DNA of 64,000 nucleotides from Octopus vulgaris (taxonomy: Eukaryota): the NCBI GenBank assembly GCA_951406725.2, contig OX597818.1, forward strand, positions 144,646,001 to 144,710,000, written 5' to 3'. The notes beneath the pieces are model-generated. The model did no database searches. It was not told where the DNA came from and was given only the letters and a program-made list of their open reading frames with translations. Positions 48,943 through 61,026 of this stretch are shown in pieces (position 1 is the first letter of the stretch; every line of letters starts with the position of its first letter). Made by a program: the position numbers and the translations under genes.

Positions 48943-49131
48943 TATATAAACAATTGCAGCGTGGAAGGTGTTTATAAGTTATTTAAAGACACACAAAAAC
49001 CCTTAGATTCACTTCAACATTTAAATTTAATTTGCCAAAATATTTTCGTCGCTTTGAGACGAAAATATGTAAAAGTGTGTATATATATGTATGTATCTGT
49101 ATTTGTAACTTAACCTTATGAACTGTCTACA

Positions 49132-49252
49132 CTCTCTGATGAAGCCCAGAGACACCCAAGTACTTTAACCTTATCTACCAAATACTTCAGTTCACTGAAG
49201 GGATGGAAGTAGAGTGGGGTACTATGGCCTCTTGGCTGAAACAGCTGTAAGA
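49132..49252 (+). ncRNA. Type I hammerhead ribozyme with long stem II
   Basis: CTCT-CTGATGA-AGCCCAGAG...(77 nt)...CTCTTGGCT-GAAA-CAGCTG-TA-AGA; internal helices TCTAC/GTAGA and CTTCAG/CTGAAG. Confidence 0.75.
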
Positions 49253-49852
49253 TACTACCCTACTTTCTATGCTCTACATTATATATCTTAATAATTACTG
49301 GTATTATGTAAAGCATAATATGTTATACATGTATGTATATTGTTATAATTGTTTGTTTTTTTTAAGAAATAAATAGACATAATATAATGTCTAAAAGTTG
49401 ATGAATGCCACCTCTTGATCCCCTCCATTTTCTTATTGCTGTATAAATTAAAGGTAAAAAAACCTTTTTACCCACACCCATTTATTACATTCAGTAGTGT
49501 AATTGCCATGGAATGAAAAAAACCTACTTGTATTAATAATTGGGTGTTCTCCCAGTAGTATATTGGATAGATATTATCTCTTGGATGGATTCACAACTTC
49601 TAACTCTCTTGGAATTATATATATATATGTTTGTGTCTGTTTGTCCCCACCACCATCGCTTGACAACGGATGTTGGTGTGTTTACATCCCCGTAACTTAG
49701 TGGTTCGACAAAAGAGAACGACAAGATAAGTGCTAGGCTTACAAAGAATAAGCCCTGGAGTCGATTTGTTCGACTGAGGGCGGTGCTCCAGCATGGCCGC
49801 AGTCATGTGACTGAAACAAATAAAATGATAAAAGAATAAAAGAATAAAAGAA

Positions 49853-49912
<60 letters not shown>

Positions 49913-49913
<1 letters not shown>

Positions 49914-50170
49914 AGGCTGGGCAAAATAATGGAAACACCTTGCATCATAGCATCATAATTTTGAAATATTTATAAAACCGTCAAATGCTTGTTTATCTTT
50001 ATGTTTTTTATTTTTATTTATTATTAGTGTTGCTTAATATGTTTTGCTAAAATTGCTGTTTCTTTTCAGATATCACCAGAAAAAGGTAATTAAAATTCAT
50101 TAAAATGACAGAACTGTTGGACTTTCAAAGAGGTCAAATTGTTGGTGCTCGTATGGCAGGCGCTAGCGTA
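49913..50170 (+). mobile_element. Tc1/mariner 5' end fragment
   Basis: TIR-like gggcaaaataatggaaacacc, then transposase N-terminus MTELLDFQRGQIVGARMAGASV (50105), truncated. Confidence 0.8.
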
Positions 50171-50244
50171 AAGAAAAGGAGAGAGTTGAAAGTGGCACCT
50201 GAACGCAGATTGCCCCTTACTCTCTATTTCCATCTATCCTCCAT

Positions 50245-51176
50245 TGTAACCGGAACCGGCAAACCCAGCTCTTTCCACTGTGATAGAGTTTCATCTACCT
50301 CCCTCTTGGAATTAGTCCATGCTGGGGAGAAGAGGATGTTGCCTACCAAAAGAGAGCAAGTGTGGATAGAGGTGTAGTGAATCTTGCATGCATGAAGTGG
50401 ATTCGATCCACCATCCCCAAATTTAAATTAACACTGCAACAGAACTTTTCCCATCTTGAAACGATGGTTTTTCTCTGACAGCAGTTTTACATTTTCCAGA
50501 TGCCTTTAGCTAGGCTGAAATAATGTCTTCACCACTTGACCCTTTCTAACCTCTTCTACTTCACCAAAAGCTAGAATAGAGATAACAAGACTGCCAACTA
50601 AATCTATTGTTCTCAATGATATATCTATCCTTCTGGATGGTTATAAAAACAAGACTACCCCAAGCAAAAATCAGTTAGTCACAGTCGGTGACGACTCAAC
50701 GAGTCCAGTCACATGGTGACGACTCAACGAAGCCTGGCTAACCAGCTAGAACATTGGTCAGAGGGAGAAATGAATTTTACTGTCAGCAACTGTGAGACAA
50801 CGTCCCACACCCTACAACTCTCACTAGCTCTAATTCTGTTCTCTTACAACATCATTCTATCTCTCTCTGCAATAACTACTAAACACTGAAGAGGACACAA
50901 ACACAAACTTTACTTCGCATGCTTCTGGATTTATCGTAACCTGTTCGTCGAGGCAAGGTATTTGTAACGTAACGGTAAATAAATACTTTCTTAAAACTTC
51001 ATGCATTGTTCATCTTTCACATCTTACAACATGCAATTAAAGCAACTAATTTTTATCGTTACAACTGCTCACTCTGACATTTCCTAATATTGATTACCAA
51101 TCAATTTCTCCCGCTACAATTGGTGACCCTCGACTTCAACTAAAAACTTTATCGTTACAATTATTTACCCGTTACA
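50245..51176 (+). mobile_element. LTR-like segment with tRNA-Trp-type primer-binding site
   Basis: Starts TGTAAC; TATAAA at ~50642; AATAAA at ~50978; CTACA at 51118 followed by TGGTGACCCTCGAC (near-complement of the tRNA-Trp 3' end); GTTACA at 51171-51176. Confidence 0.65.
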
Positions 51177-52632
51177 GAGGGAAGAAAACGGGGAAGAGAT
51201 AAAGACGAGCAAACCTAGACCCCCAAACCGTTTGGGCAAGGCAACTTGGTCGCGGGAATCTGGGGTGAGTTTGACATATTGATCAAGCATTTGAATTTCT
51301 GAAGATTAGGTCATCAAAGTATTGGAGGAACGGCAGGAATCTGTAAGAGGGACTATCTCTGAGAAAATACAATAGCTTAGGATTTGACAAGTAATTCTTA
51401 AGTATAAAAAAACCTTGGTGGGGATCAATTACTTCAAAGTTTTAAAAAGTTGTTCGAGGTTAGCCATTTTGGATCTAAAGATGGATTCGAAAGCTAGGTC
51501 AGTTGTAGAGAAGTAAAGGAGATGGTGACAGAATGTCTCCTTTTAAACGCCGCACGATCGCCTTACAAAAGAAGCCAAAATAAGTGCCAAAAGGAATAAA
51601 GAGAGGAACACAACCCTATAATGTATAAGAGAAAAGACTTTATTTACAGATGTGTTCATGTGGAGCAGAGTGTTTATCTATGAGTGCGACGTAAGCGTGT
51701 GTCTGTGCGTTCGTTCTGAGTACAAACAATGGTGTATTCGTGACAGCGACATTAGTGTGTGTCTGTGTGTTCGTGAGTGCGTTATAAGTGTGTACCTAAT
51801 AATAAAGAACAATAGAAAATGAGTCTCTCAGGATACAAAATGAATGTTCTGACAAGATGTTGATAAATACCAGTTCGGTGTAAGACACACCATAACAGTT
51901 AGTTCTGTAACAGAGAGGTTGGTGGTCACAAGTGCAGAGCCGGTTACTACGCTTTTAGAAGTTGAGGCTCGATGCTGTGCCGAGTTACTTTGGTACAGAA
52001 AGTTCTCGCAGGTAGACTGGAACTGTTAACCATGGTGAATATTCACAACAGCGTGAAGTTAAACCTGAACGATGTTGGTTGGTGTGTACGTAGACATGTT
52101 GGTGATGGCGACGGTGGTGATGACGGTGTTAAGGTGAAATCGACGATGGTGATGGCGACGGTGATGGAAAAGGTATTAGTGTCGTCACTGGCTGTCGCAG
52201 GAACATGGCTATCTCCCTCGAACTGGTTGGTCTAGGACCTGGATGCTCTGTGGTCAATGGTCAAAGACCAAAGACGAAAATGGTTTGTCATGACTGCCTT
52301 ATAAAGAAATGAGGGCGCTCCAGAGAAGAATCTAGAAGACTGTTTCACGGGACCTTCTCTGAAGGTTGTGATTGGTTGGTTTACACATTGGCGCAAAATA
52401 AAGCAAGAGATAAAACTGCACCAAAACCAACCAATCAGAGTAACGGACACTACATGGCCTAAGCAGCCGAAGGATGGCTGCTATCTGCCACGACGTTATT
52501 TGTATTATATCTCTCAAACAGTGAGAATATCACCGAGGTACGCTACACAGTAATTGGGGATCCAAGGGAGCACCACGTTGATGAAGGAGGAATTGCGATT
52601 GAGGGGAGGGAATCAGTAAATAGTTCAGTAGT
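51177..52632 (-). mobile_element. Second, more diverged CRE-like LINE fragment (51177-51503 + 52548-52632) split by a solo LTR
   Basis: Colinear with 43350-43750 (e.g. gtcagt aattggggatccaagggagcacca vs gtcagtgattggggaacctagggagcacca). Confidence 0.75.
51504..52547. mobile_element. Solo LTR (1044 bp), Gypsy-type
   Basis: TGTAG...CTACA termini with a perfect 4-bp TSD CAGT (51500-51503, 52548-52551); interrupts the LINE fragment. Confidence 0.85.
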
Positions 52633-53926
52633 CTCGTTCTTTCCATTCGATTCATCGCTTGATCTCGGTTTGTTGGAAGTGCTGATCGATCAGCCAGCAT
52701 TATAACCCTGCGAAGTAGAATTCAGCTTTCACTGTCTCTGTTCTGAAACCAGCTGATAACAAATTGATTAGGGTGTTCGGTTCCCGTTTATAAAGACATA
52801 TTTCCAATTCCGGAAACAGGCAGCATGTTGTCTCCTTGGACAAGTCACCTCATTTCACGTTGTTCCAATCTACTCAGTTGATTGTGCAGCTCTCTTTTCC
52901 ACCATCTCCCACATTCTGGACGTGCCCTGGGTCTGTCAAATATGAGGGATCTCAGAGGATGTTTGTGACTACATGAGTACCTAAAACAACAAAAGCAAGG
53001 CACATTTTATTAATATATAACGCTTGCAAGTGACGGCTAGCTGAATTGCAAATCACACACACACACACACTGGGTGATGGGAGTGAGGGGTACACACCTG
53101 TGTTCTTGAAGAGCGCATAACTTGCCAGTGGCTTAAAAACCAACAAATTATCAATGGCTGAGAAATGGGGGGAAATAGATAGATAGAGTGAGAGAGAGAC
53201 AGAGACAGAGACAGAGAAAGAGAGAGAGAGATAGACATAGAGAGGGACTGAACAGGTAAAATTCGTTAGGATCTTTATTGTTTTCATTCTGTTGTTATTT
53301 ACCGTGTTGTTATTATTGTTGCTGGCATTTGTTATTGTTATTTGTTTGTCATGAGATTGTCAAAGATCACGCGATGCCTTTTCCTTGTTTTGGTGGCTTT
53401 TAATCCTCGTCTTTTCGTAAGCTATGTGTGTATAATTGTGTATATACATGTGCGTGCGTGCGAATGTGTGTGTGTATGTATGTATGTATGTATGTATGTA
53501 TGTATGTATGTATGTATGTATGTAGGTAGGGTATGTATGTATGTATGTATGTATTTAGGTGTGTGTGTGTGTATGTATGTATGCATGCATGTATGTATGT
53601 ATGTATGTATGTATGTATTTATGTATGTATGTGTGTATGTATTTAGGTGTGTGCGTGCCAGTTTGTTTAGGGATTATATATATACGCATGTTAGTAATAT
53701 TTATGCATTTCCCCTCTCCCCTCTCCCCGCTCTCTCCTTGCAAACACGCGCACGCGCATACATATCAGATGCGTAAAAAGAGTGGATGGGTCGGGCGAGA
53801 AGTGATCCTCGGGCGCAGGTACAAAGGTGTGCGGGGGGTAAAATATCCTCTGGCTAATCATATTTGTTAATTAAAGTGGCGGGTAGCAAACGTGTCTATG
53901 CCCCAGAATACTGAGAACTCTTGCAA

Positions 53927-53982
<56 letters not shown>

Positions 53983-54227
53983 GTGTGTATGTGTATGTAT
54001 ATATATATATATATATGGAATACATGCACACACACACACACACACCAACTAATGAACAAATATGATGAAGTAGGGTAAATGAAGATAATGAAGTGATGGC
54101 GTGGTCTGTCGGCCTTTCGTCTTAATTCATTTACTAATTAAAACCATTCAAACATTTCTTATATATTATTTATAATTTCTATATTTGTTACCTGTTTTTT
54201 TTCTTCTCCCCTTTTGTGAGAAATGCT

Positions 54228-54580
54228 TATGGTTGTGATGGTGATGGTGATGGTGGCTGGCGACGGCGGAAGATTAGGTGGTGGTGGTGGTGGTGGTGGT
54301 GGTGGTGGTGGTTGGTGGTGGTGGTGGTGGTGGTGGTGGTGGTGGTGGTGGTGGTGGTGGTGGTGGTGGTGGTGGTGGTGGTGGTGGTTTTGGTGGTGGT
54401 GTGGTGGTGGTGGTGGTGGTGGTGGTGGTGGTGTTGGTGGTGGTGGTGATGGTGGTGGTGGTGGTGGTGTTGGTGGTAGTGGTGGTGGTGGTGGTGGTGG
54501 TGGTGGTGGTGGTGGTGGTGGTGGTGGTGTGGTGGTAGTGGTGTTGGTGGTGGTGGTGATGGTGGTGGTGGTGTTGGTAA
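54228..54580. repeat. Long (GGT)n microsatellite
   Basis: About 350 bp of interrupted GGT repeats; the overlapping poly-G/V/W ORFs are artefacts. Confidence 0.95.
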
Positions 54581-55678
54581 TTGTCGTTGACGTCGTCTAT
54601 ATTGTTCTTGTTCTTGTTATCACAGCGGCAGGTTTATAATTATTTCGTCTCAGAGAGGAAAGTGATACACTTAATAGCTGTGAGTGATCTGACCAATATC
54701 GCGAACATTCTTAATATTTTGGTAAGTTTGTGGTTCTTTTTTCATTTCCATATTTTCAATTCCTTATTTTTCCTTATTTCTCAGTTAATTTTATTTTTCT
54801 CAACAATGATTAAGAAAAAATACTCGAGTCGTTATCATAAATTTATCGTGAACGGGTTTTATTTTAGACTAACTTACTTCAAGATCTGATGCCTTTTTTT
54901 TTTTTTTTTTTTACTTTTTTACTCTCAGATTTGAAAGAAACTCAACTTTCTCTTAAAGTTTATATTATTTCCGTGTCTTACACCTCACTTCACACGTCCT
55001 CACGTTGATGTTAAGGGCATTCGTCAATGTTGGAAATATCTTTGGATCTGCTTGTGCTATCTGCACGTATAAATGCAATCCTGGGCAAAACTTATTGAAT
55101 AACAATGGGATTTGCCCACGCACACAGGTCTGTCCACTCTGTGCCACTCATGCTTATCAAAGGGAAAGACAGCTGGTGTTTATCCCAGAGAAAGACCGTT
55201 GACACAGCTTTGCACCAGCGCCGTGGCACACATTGCTGTCAGAATGCAAAGAGCTGAAACTGACGACGCTGCAACGTATCTTACCCAACCTTCCAACTGT
55301 TCTGCCAGTCCATCGCTCTGAATCGATTCATTTTTATTGATCACACACACACACACACTAAAAGGAAAAGTTGACTCGGGTGGTATTTGAACACCGGACG
55401 AAGGGAATTGAAACAAATACCAAGAGGCATTCTATCCAATTAGCCAACACTGCAACGACTTAATTCATTCTCTCATATTGGTCAAATCTCTTTGATTTTT
55501 GATGAATATCAAGATGAAAGTCTTCCACAGTGGAGCATGGCAATATTTTTTTTTTTTGGGGGGGGGGCTAGATTACTTTAGAACAAGGCATAAATAAATA
55601 ACGAGTGTATAAAGAATATGTAAGTATTAATATCTTTGATTAAGAATATTCTCCATTTCTGTCTCTGTCTGTCTGCCT

Positions 55679-55775
55679 GTCTCTCTGATGATGGCACGGT
55701 TGGCTTACGTGGAAGTCTTTCCTCAATAACATTGGATCCAAATGTTTAGTTGTTCTTGAAACAGCTGTAAGAGAC
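55679..55775 (+). ncRNA. Type I hammerhead ribozyme, stem II degenerate
   Basis: GTCTCT-CTGATGA-...-GAAA-CAGCTG-TA-AGAGAC: perfect 6-bp stem I, canonical core, palindromic stem III and GUA triplet. Confidence 0.7.
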
Positions 55776-56233
55776 TTTACGGATTTACTATAACAACTTT
55801 GTAAAATGTTTCAATTATGTTTAAATTATTGATTAAAGGCTGTAAAGTGATCCTACATGTTTTGCTTTGTTCATCCACTGTCTCTGACGAGCTGGCAGAA
55901 TCGTTAGTATGCAGGACAAAATGCTTAGCGGCATTTCGTCCGTCTTCCCATTCTAAGTTCAAAGTCCGTCGAGGTCCACTTTGCCTTTCATCCTGTCGAG
56001 GTCGATGTAATCGACTCCCCACCCCTACAAAAGAATTGCTGACCTTGTGCCAAAATTTGAATATGTATGTATTTATGCATGCATGCATGCATGCATGCAT
56101 GTATGTATGTATGTATGTATGTATGTATGTATGTATGTGTATGTATGTATGTATGTATCTTCTGTATTTCATCATTTAAATTCTTCCTCTGAAGATGCAA
56201 AGCTCCATCTTTGGAATGTAGATAACGAAAGCA

Positions 56234-56280
<47 letters not shown>

Positions 56281-56399
56281 TGTGCGTGTGTGTGTGTCTG
56301 TGCGTGTGTGTATGCATGTATGTTTGTTTACAGAGAGAGATAAAGGCAGAGAGAGAGAGAAAGAGAGAGAGAGAGAGTCTGAATATGTAAAATTTATAC

Positions 56400-56469
<70 letters not shown>

Positions 56470-56663
56470 GATCTCATTCCTTCTTGTTAAAAGCAAATGC
56501 TTAAATATTTAAATACTGTTTAAGCCAATAACTTTAGATACAAAAGATAGGGATAACAACAGTATTAGGGACAAATAATGTCTACTAGGGTAAAAATGCA
56601 ACAATTGCAATGGTTCTGATTGTAGCACCTACAATATCAAGATTTGCAATAAGAACAAAAATG

Positions 56664-56697
<34 letters not shown>

Positions 56698-56758
56698 ATC
56701 TCTTAAGGAGCTTTTACGTAGTCGTTCCATCTGCTAGATAGAAATAACAGTCAATAAA

Positions 56759-56997
56759 GGCGGCGAGCTGGCAGAATCGTTAGCGCGCCGGGCGAAATGC
56801 TTAGCGGTATTTCGTCTGTTGTTACGTTCTGAGTTCAAATTCCGCCGAGGTCGACTTTGCCTTTCATTCTTTCGGAGTCGATTAACTAAGCACCAGTTAC
56901 GCACTGGGGTCGATGTAATCGACTTAATCCGTTTGTCTGTCCTTGTTTGTCCCCTCTGTGTGTAACCCCTTCTGGGCTGTAAAGAAATAAGAAATAA
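56759..56997 (+). mobile_element. Near-intact tRNA-derived SINE (Meta-domain-like), CpG retained
   Basis: ggcggcgagctggcagaatcgttagcgcgccgggcgaaatgcttagcgg...gagttcaaattccgccgaggtcgactttgcctttcat... with an (AAATAAG) tail. Confidence 0.85.
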
Positions 56998-57540
56998 CAG
57001 TCAAATTAATCTCACTTCTTTAAATATGGGAAGAGCACATTCGATAACGTCGATGTGTACACTCTTAAAAAAGTCAGAATAGTTACGGTTGGAAGGTCTT
57101 TGATCATACATAGGTCTTTTCAGTCAGGACTCATCTGCAGCGAACCTGCTGCTCATCATTATCATCGACGACGACGACGACGAAGGACCTTCTATGCTTG
57201 AAATGGCTACTGGACTTGTATTCTTTTTAGTTAAGTATTCCAGGTCCCTTTTCACAACCTTGTAGTCTCCACCTCTACCTGCTTCCCCCACCGGACAAAA
57301 TAATGCACTGGGGTACCGACATACGCAACTTACATGTATGCCGCAAATACATATATCATCTTTAGGCCCTGCTCCCGTGAGACCTCTGGACAAATGCTCT
57401 AAAGACGGCATTGAAGTAGTTTTGTACAATTATCATCGGAAGCAGAAGTGAGCAAACCTGAAGAAGTGTTAAATGTCAACGAAATCTGTTGGTTTGATTC
57501 TTGTCCAAAGCTGCTGAAAGCCACCTCATTGGCTTGATTT

Positions 57541-57975
57541 TACATTCTTTTACACTTTTACTCTTCTACTTGTTTCAGTCATTTGACTGCGGCCATGCTG
57601 GAGCAGCGCCTTTAGTCGAATCAAATCGACCCCAGGATTTATTCTTTGTAAACCTAGTACTTATTCTATCGGTCCCTTTTGCCGAACCGCTAAGTTACAG
57701 GGACCTAAACACTCCAGCATCGGTTGTCAAACGATGTTGGGGGGACAAACACTGATACACAACACACACACACACACACACACATACACACACACACACA
57801 CACATATATATATACATATATACGACGAGCTTCTTTCAGTTTCCGTCTACCAAATCCAGTCACAAGGCTTTGGTCGGCCCGAGGCTATAGTAGAAGACAT
57901 TTTCCCAAGGTACCACGCCGTAGGACTGAACTCGGAACCACGTGGTTCGAAAGCAAGCTACTTACCACACAGCCA
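57541..57975 (-). mobile_element. tRNA-derived SINE, same family as 48503-48942
   Basis: Reverse-complement match including the central CA/TA microsatellite. Confidence 0.85.
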
Positions 57976-58260
57976 CAATGCATATGGAAATGAGTCTGTG
58001 TATTTACTTTTCTTTCTCACAGCATATATACTTCACTGTATAATTCTGGGATGTGAAGCGCAGGCACAATTTCTGTAAATGCCGTGCTCGCTATCATTTA
58101 GATATAACGATAGCTACATCGAGATGTCTTCGGTAGTGCCATGAAGCATCTCAGTTATTTGTATTTAATATCTAGAATATTTTCTGGTTGTACACTGTAT
58201 TTATATTTAGTGAAAATTATCCATAGACTATTTTCTTATTTATAATGTCTTTATGAATAA

Positions 58261-58651
58261 CTAGCAGTATCGCCCGGCGTTGCTCGGGTTTGTTTCGACC
58301 CTATAGAATTGGAATTTTTGAAAAGTAAAAATTTTGCATTATGTAGCTTGTTATTCTCTTTAAGCGAACATTTTTCTGGTTGAAATACACCGAAAAATGG
58401 TGACACAGCAGTCCAAAAATCGTAAAAAAATAGGGATTTTCATAGAAAAAAAGCACCCTTTTGGTGTAAATAATTTTTGGTGTTAACATGGTCCGATTTG
58501 AATTTTTTCTTCTACGGAAGGAAGAGCAAGCCTTCTTCTATCATACTCTCAATTTTGGTCAACTTGCGCCGCAGGGTCTCGGAGGAGATAGTGTTAGTTG
58601 AAGGCTACCAAACCTGCCATACACAGACAACCTCAGCTTTATATATAGAGA
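58261..58651 (-). mobile_element. Non-autonomous Helitron (391 bp)
   Basis: Minus strand A|TCTCTATATATAAAG...CCCGAGCAACGCCGGG hairpin...CTAG|T: canonical TC/CTAG ends inserted at an AT site. Confidence 0.85.
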
Positions 58652-58675
58652 TTGCAGATAGGTATTTTATAGATT

Positions 58676-58715
<40 letters not shown>

Positions 58716-59287
58716 CAAATACGAATTAGAAGCAGCTCGAGATATATAAACAAAAACCGAAAACACATATTCAAGATGTGTCTGCTGTTAGATCGTGGGT
58801 CGGTTGCGTTTTCGACGTAAGAGAATACTTTCTCAAGATACCTGGTGTAAAAAAAACCCACCTGAAAGCAAGTCATAGGAAAGCGAAACAATTCGTATAA
58901 GGTTCCTTCTCGGAGCGACAGACATCGATGTTTCGTTATTGTTGTGACTTTTCAATATCGCACACCGAACCTGGCCCGCTGCAAGTTATATCGCCGGCCA
59001 CGACAATACGCTAAATGGTGTAGGAACCATCTGCTGGCATGTCCCAGCATTTCATGCCACACATATACTCACATACACATATGCACATACATACATACAT
59101 ACATACATACATACATACATACATACATACATACATACATACAACATGCATGCATGCATACATACATACATACATACATACATACATACATACATACATA
59201 CAACATGCATGCATACATACATACATACATATCCACATACACATGCACACACATATGCACTTACACATATATGTACTTATATTTATA

Positions 59288-60212
59288 CCAGCAGAAATAC
59301 CTGGCGTTGCCGGGTTTAAAGCAAATAATGAAATTTTAAAACGCCATCTAGATTACGCAGGTCTCAACTGCTAGTGGCTGAGATACCAACTTTCTACATA
59401 AATAACTCTCCAACCCATTCCAGCATGGAACACAGACGTTAAGTGAAATGCTAAAAGAAAGTTTTCAACTTATATATGTATATTAAGTAAATACACGTTA
59501 TTCAAAAACCAATTTTGTGTAGCTTATTTCGTAACCACAAAACAGGTACAGATTATAAACAATGAAAGGCCGATTTTGGTGATACATTTGACAGAGGTAG
59601 TAGAGAGTCAATCCGACGATATATCTGACCTTGGATCTTGAAAGTTTGCATGAATCCTGGCTCAGTTAAATCTCCAAATGGCTCCAAATGATGTCGTCTG
59701 TTGTGCAGCCTTGTATTGTCTAATTTTGTTTTGGAAGTGTTTCGAATTTTAGTCAGTTGATGACAACAGTTTCTTCAATGGCTCTGGAGGTTGTGGGATT
59801 GCAGGGAGTTTAACAGGGAGTTTATAATCTGTACCACCACTGCAGCACAGTGCAGGTGTCTCTCCTGGCCACTTCTTTGCTTTACAATGTATGCATTTAG
59901 TTGTCATTGCCCTAATGGAAACTCTAGTGTCATCTGCATAATGAACTGCTGGATCATAATTGAAAGATAGAGAGAAAATGCAAAACGTTACAAAAGTAAA
60001 TAAGAAATTTGTAGGCAAATTTAACGAAGTGTACAGATTGAAGTGCAATTTATGAAGTTACTCTTATCAGTAAATTATGTATGAGATTACTTTCATCAGT
60101 AATTGCGAACTTCTTTCTGTCAGTAATTTGTCGTTGTTTGTAAATAGCGATTGAAAACTTACAGTGAAAACAATAGCATCTGAAAAATGAAAGTGACAAC
60201 AATAGAGAGTGA

Positions 60213-60302
<90 letters not shown>

Positions 60303-60720
60303 TAGCTAGTTAGACAAGTAAGATAGATATAGGTAGATAGATAAGATATAGACAGATTCAGATAGATAGATAGATAGATAGATATAGAGATAGAGATGGA
60401 TAGAGAGATATAGACGTCACTGACGCTAGAAAACCGGAAGTAAATATTTTTAAAAATTTCAAAGACGTGAATCTAATATAAAAAGCAATATATTTTTTTT
60501 TTGATCAATGGATGTAAGGGAGACAATCAATTTCTGGAACTTACTTCGCAAAGAGTTAACTCCCTTCTCCACGTAACCCAGGAGCAGGTATTTTCAGCCC
60601 CCAGGGGGCCCATTACTCATTGTGTGAAAATGTTTAGGAGTCTAAAACCATCCCTGGAACATAAGTAATGTATGTTCCCAGTTTAGATAAAATCAGTTGA
60701 AAAACACGGCCGTTATAATC

Positions 60721-60774
<54 letters not shown>

Positions 60775-60792
60775 CGGGATTTATAATATAGA
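59288..60792 (-). mobile_element. Helitron deletion derivative with Rep/helicase N-terminal fragment (~59520-59970)
   Basis: 5' A|TCTATATTATAAA; 3' hairpin CCCGGCAACGCCAGG then CTGG (mutated CTAG). Coding remnant: FNYDP..MTTKCIHCKAKKWPGETPALCCSGG..VKLP..PPEPLKKLL..SKHFQNKIRQY..TSFGA..TFKIQGQIY. Confidence 0.85.
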
Positions 60793-60850
60793 TAATATCT
60801 TTGATAGGTTTCAGCCAGCATAGGCCCAGGTCATGTCTAACTTAACACCA

Positions 60851-61026
<176 letters not shown>

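Noticed and set aside
50886-50900. CTGAAGAGGAC in the LTR
   Set aside because: No downstream GTCC-GAAA partner found.
54216-54639. Poly-Gly/Val/Trp ORFs, and YIHT/MYVC/IYLS-repeat ORFs elsewhere
   Set aside because: Translations of microsatellites.
54965-55321. Short Cys-rich ORFs in a unique-looking segment
   Set aside because: No recognisable domain or consistent exon boundaries; cannot be supported without a search.
56189-56232. CTGAAGA...CGAAA pair resembling a hammerhead core
   Set aside because: No closing stem II next to GAAA, and no stem I/III pairing before the (TG)n tract.
57124-57429. 101-aa minus-strand ORF with a CICGIHVSCVC Cys/His cluster
   Set aside because: TTG start directly after stops, no recognisable family or splice context, and it runs into a simple repeat.
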